Below are positions 40,316-42,870 of a stretch of DNA of 42,870 nucleotides, piece by piece. This DNA is from Candidatus Alectryocaccobium stercorigallinarum (GTDB taxonomy: Bacteria; Bacillota; Clostridia; Lachnospirales; Lachnospiraceae): assembly GCA_018713465.1 (NCBI GenBank), contig DVOP01000025.1, positions 1-42,870 of the forward strand, given 5' to 3'. The number at the start of each line of letters is the position of its first letter. Position 1 is the first letter of the stretch. The position numbers and the translations under genes are program-made. The notes beneath the pieces were generated by a model, which saw only the letters and a list, made by a program, of their open reading frames with translations, did no database searches and was not told where the DNA came from.

Positions 40316-41365
40316 TTACTTCCAATTGTCAAGTTCGTATTTCAATGCCCCAAGCAGCTCGCTTTCCGGCATTTTCCTTATTATCTCACCCTTTTTAAAT
40401 AGCAGGCCTTCGCCTTTGCCGCCCGCGATCCCGAGCTCCGCCTCGCGCGCTTCTCCAGGTCCGTTCACCGCACAGCCCATCACCGCAACCTTTATATCAT
40501 ACGGATACTGCTGTACCATATCCTCAACCTGCATGGCAAGCGAAATGAGGTCTATCTGTGTGCGTCCGCATGTAGGACAAGCGACGACGTCTATCCCGCC
40601 TTTTCTAAGACCCAGCGTTTTTAAGATAAGCTTCGCGGTTTTTATCTCTGCGACAGGATCCGCGCTCAAAGAAACACGGATAGTATCTCCTATGCCGTTA
40701 TAAAGCAGGACGCCAAGGCCTATGGCTGACTTTATGCTGCCCGCAAACGCCGTACCCGTTTCGGTTATCCCGATATGCAAAGGATAGTCGATATGCTTTA
40801 CAAGCTCCTCGTGCGCCTTTATAGACATAAGCACGTCCGAAGACTTAATGCTTACGACGAGGTTCTCATATCCGGCCTTTTCTATCATACGGACCTTATC
40901 GACCGCGCTTTCAACTAACGCTTCGGCGCATACGCCGCCGTATTTTTCAAGCAGCTCTTTTTCGACCGAGCCGCTGTTGACCCCGACTCGTATCGGGATA
41001 TTTCTCTCTTTAGCCGCGTCAGCGACCGCCCTGACGTTTTTTTCTCCGCCGATATTTCCTGGATTTATGCGTATCTTATCCGCTCCGGACTCTATCGCCG
41101 CGATCGCCAGCTTATAATCAAAATGTATATCGGCGACTATCGGTATCGATATACGCTCTTTTATGCCGCCTATCGCCTTTGCCGCCTCCATCGTCGGAAC
41201 GGCGCACCTTATTATCTCGCAGCCGGCTTTTTCAAGCTCATGTACCTGAGCTGCCGTCGCTTCTATATCTTCCGTTTTAGTATTTGTCATCGACTGGATA
41301 AGGACGGGATTTCCCCCTCCTATCACACGGCCGCCTATTTTTATTACTCTTGTATTTTTCCCCAT
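40316..41365 (-). CDS. ispG: 4-hydroxy-3-methylbut-2-en-1-yl diphosphate synthase
   Basis: 349 aa. Motifs IGGGNPVLIQSMTNT, RINPGNIG, and the Fe-S cysteines CPTCGR...GCAVNGPGE. Confidence 0.95.
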   Translation of the reverse strand: MGKNTRVIKIGGRVIGGGNPVLIQSMTNTKTEDIEATAAQVHELEKAGCEIIRCAVPTMEAAKAIGGIKERISIPIVADIHFDYKLAIAAIESGADKIRINPGNIGGEKNVRAVADAAKERNIPIRVGVNSGSVEKELLEKYGGVCAEALVESAVDKVRMIEKAGYENLVVSIKSSDVLMSIKAHEELVKHIDYPLHIGITETGTAFAGSIKSAIGLGVLLYNGIGDTIRVSLSADPVAEIKTAKLILKTLGLRKGGIDVVACPTCGRTQIDLISLAMQVEDMVQQYPYDIKVAVMGCAVNGPGEAREAELGIAGGKGEGLLFKKGEIIRKMPESELLGALKYELDNWK

Positions 41366-41401
41366 AACTTATGCCTTTTTCCTCCTGCGCCGAGGCGTAT
41401 T

Positions 41402-41899
41402 TTACATTGAACGTTTCCGGCTGTACGTATAAAAAGAATAACCCATATCGCCGGACAAAAATGTCTCACTGCGCTTTTCTACTTGCCATTCTTTGTTTTC
41501 ATCAAGATCCGGAAAATACGTATCCGCCTCGAAAGCCTTGTCTATTTTTGTGATATACGCCGTATCGCACATTGAAAGAAGCATTTCATATATGCTGCCG
41601 CCGCCTATGACAAAAATATCTGACGAGTCGTATTTTTTAAGCTCGGCTTCCAGCTCGTCCATATCGTGGACGATGACCGCGCCGTCTTTAGAGTATTCTT
41701 TATTTTTTGTAAGCACAATGTTGACCCTGTTCTTAAGCGGCCTTCCGCCCGGAAAACTCTCAAGAGTCTTTCTTCCCATAACGACTATCTTGCCCGATGT
41801 CGTCTCGCGGAAAAACTTCATATCCTCCGGTATAGAAACTAATAATGAATTGTCTTTGCCTATTCCCCAGTTTTTATCTACTGCAGCGATAAGATTCAT
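41402..41899 (-). CDS. folA: dihydrofolate reductase
   Basis: 165 aa. Motifs IAAVDKNWGIGKDNSL, MGRKTLESF and FVIGGGSIY. Confidence 0.92.
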   Translation of the reverse strand: MNLIAAVDKNWGIGKDNSLLVSIPEDMKFFRETTSGKIVVMGRKTLESFPGGRPLKNRVNIVLTKNKEYSKDGAVIVHDMDELEAELKKYDSSDIFVIGGGSIYEMLLSMCDTAYITKIDKAFEADTYFPDLDENKEWQVEKRSETFLSGDMGYSFYTYSRKRSM

Positions 41900-41916
41900 T
41901 GCGGTTCTCCTTATAT

Positions 41917-42765
41917 TTAAATAGCAATAGGAATATTTTCGACCTGCGGCCCGAACTTATAATCCTCGACTTTTACATCGTCCATTGTAAAATCATAGAA
42001 ATTCTTGATATCGGGATTCAGCGTGACTTTTGGCGCAGGATATGTCTCACGGGTTATGAGCTCCTTAATTATCGGAACATGCCTGTCGTATATATGCGCA
42101 TCCGCGATCACATGCATTAGCTCTCCGGCTTCCATGTCCGAAACCTGCGCTATGGCCATCAAAAGCAGCGCGTACTGGCATACATTCCAGTTATTAGCGG
42201 CAAGTATATCCTGTGAACGCTGATTCAAAACCGCGTTGAGCGTAAGACGGTCGTGACCCGGCTTTTGTTCGGCGTTGAACGTCATAGAGTATGCGCACGG
42301 ATATAAAGCCATCTCGCTTAGATCCTGGTGTACGTACATATTCGTCATTATCCTGCGGCTGAACGGATTATTTTTAAGGTCAAAAAGCACTCTGTCGACC
42401 TGATCCATCATGCCCTCTTTATATTTGTGCTTAACTGCCATCTGGTAGCCGTATGCTTTTCCAATAGAACCGTTTTCGTCCGCCCATTCGTCCCAGATAT
42501 GGCTTTTAAGATCCTTGATATTATTCGACTTTTTCTGCCATATCCAAAGCACCTCGTCGAACGCCGACTTGATAGCTGTCCGTCTTAACGTTATAGCGGG
42601 AAATTCCTTTGTCAGATCGTATCTGTTTACGACTCCGAACTTCTTTATCGTATAGGCGTACGTTCCGTCCGGCCATTTCGGACGTACCTTCTCGCCCTCG
42701 GTGCTCGTCCCGTTTTCTATAACATCTTTGCACATATCAATAAAAAGTTTATCAGCGTAACTCAT
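41917..42765 (-). CDS. thyA: thymidylate synthase (ThyA, long form)
   Basis: 282 aa. EVLWIWQKKSNN, LYPCAYSMTF (catalytic Cys) and NQRSQD are present. AAAGGAG lies upstream. Confidence 0.93.
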   Translation of the reverse strand: MSYADKLFIDMCKDVIENGTSTEGEKVRPKWPDGTYAYTIKKFGVVNRYDLTKEFPAITLRRTAIKSAFDEVLWIWQKKSNNIKDLKSHIWDEWADENGSIGKAYGYQMAVKHKYKEGMMDQVDRVLFDLKNNPFSRRIMTNMYVHQDLSEMALYPCAYSMTFNAEQKPGHDRLTLNAVLNQRSQDILAANNWNVCQYALLLMAIAQVSDMEAGELMHVIADAHIYDRHVPIIKELITRETYPAPKVTLNPDIKNFYDFTMDDVKVEDYKFGPQVENIPIAI

Positions 42766-42821
42766 GCGAACTCCTTTATATACGTTTTAAATTTCCAATA
42801 ACAAGTCTTCCTCGAGAAAAG

Positions 42822-42850
42822 ATTATAACACACAAGATGTAGGTTTTGAA
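42822..42850 (-). promoter_or_regulatory. sigma-A type promoter for thyA-folA, TTCAAA-17 nt-TGtTATAAT (extended -10)
   Basis: Minus-strand TTCAAA at 42850-42845, a 17-nt spacer ending in TGT, TATAAT at 42827-42822, 56 nt upstream of the thyA ATG. Confidence 0.6.
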
Positions 42851-42870
42851 TTAGCATAAATAACTATATT

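Overview
This is a chromosomal segment from a Firmicutes/Clostridia-type genome (PolC, YhaM, MutS2, type III glutamine synthetase, split archaeal-type glutamate synthase). I support 31 protein-coding genes. One of them, a 54-codon ORF, is missing from the supplied ORF track. I see no rRNA, tRNA, CRISPR array or IS/transposase. The flanks are housekeeping: a metX-like gene on the left; a MATE pump, rlmD-like, yhaM, htrA-like, mutS2, an OmpR/HK pair, polC, ispG, folA and thyA on the right. The core (about 2.9-24.3 kb) is a glutamine-centred nitrogen-assimilation supercluster that appears to form three transcription units. Unit A is glnN(GS-III)-asnB-pyrG-purF on the minus strand. Unit B is a five-gene split glutamate synthase, then glnA (short GS-I), then an ANTAR regulator, on the plus strand. 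Unit C is an Amt::PII fusion gene on the minus strand, possibly reading through into carA-carB. Each unit starts with a TTGACA-17-TAnAnn promoter. Each then has a hexaloop hairpin at the extreme 5' end with the shared 10-nt core GCAAWGRCGU, placed 13-14 nt after the -10 box. That hairpin is mutually exclusive with a strong intrinsic terminator in the leader. The locus encodes a matching candidate regulator: an ANTAR RNA-binding protein whose receiver domain lacks the phospho-acceptor Asp. Two unusual gene architectures stand out. First, carB runs without a stop codon into a complete DapF-fold domain whose first catalytic Cys is replaced by Ala. Second, the ammonium channel is fused to a C-terminal PII domain. 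All calls come from reading the sequence and from remembered family motifs; no database search was run.
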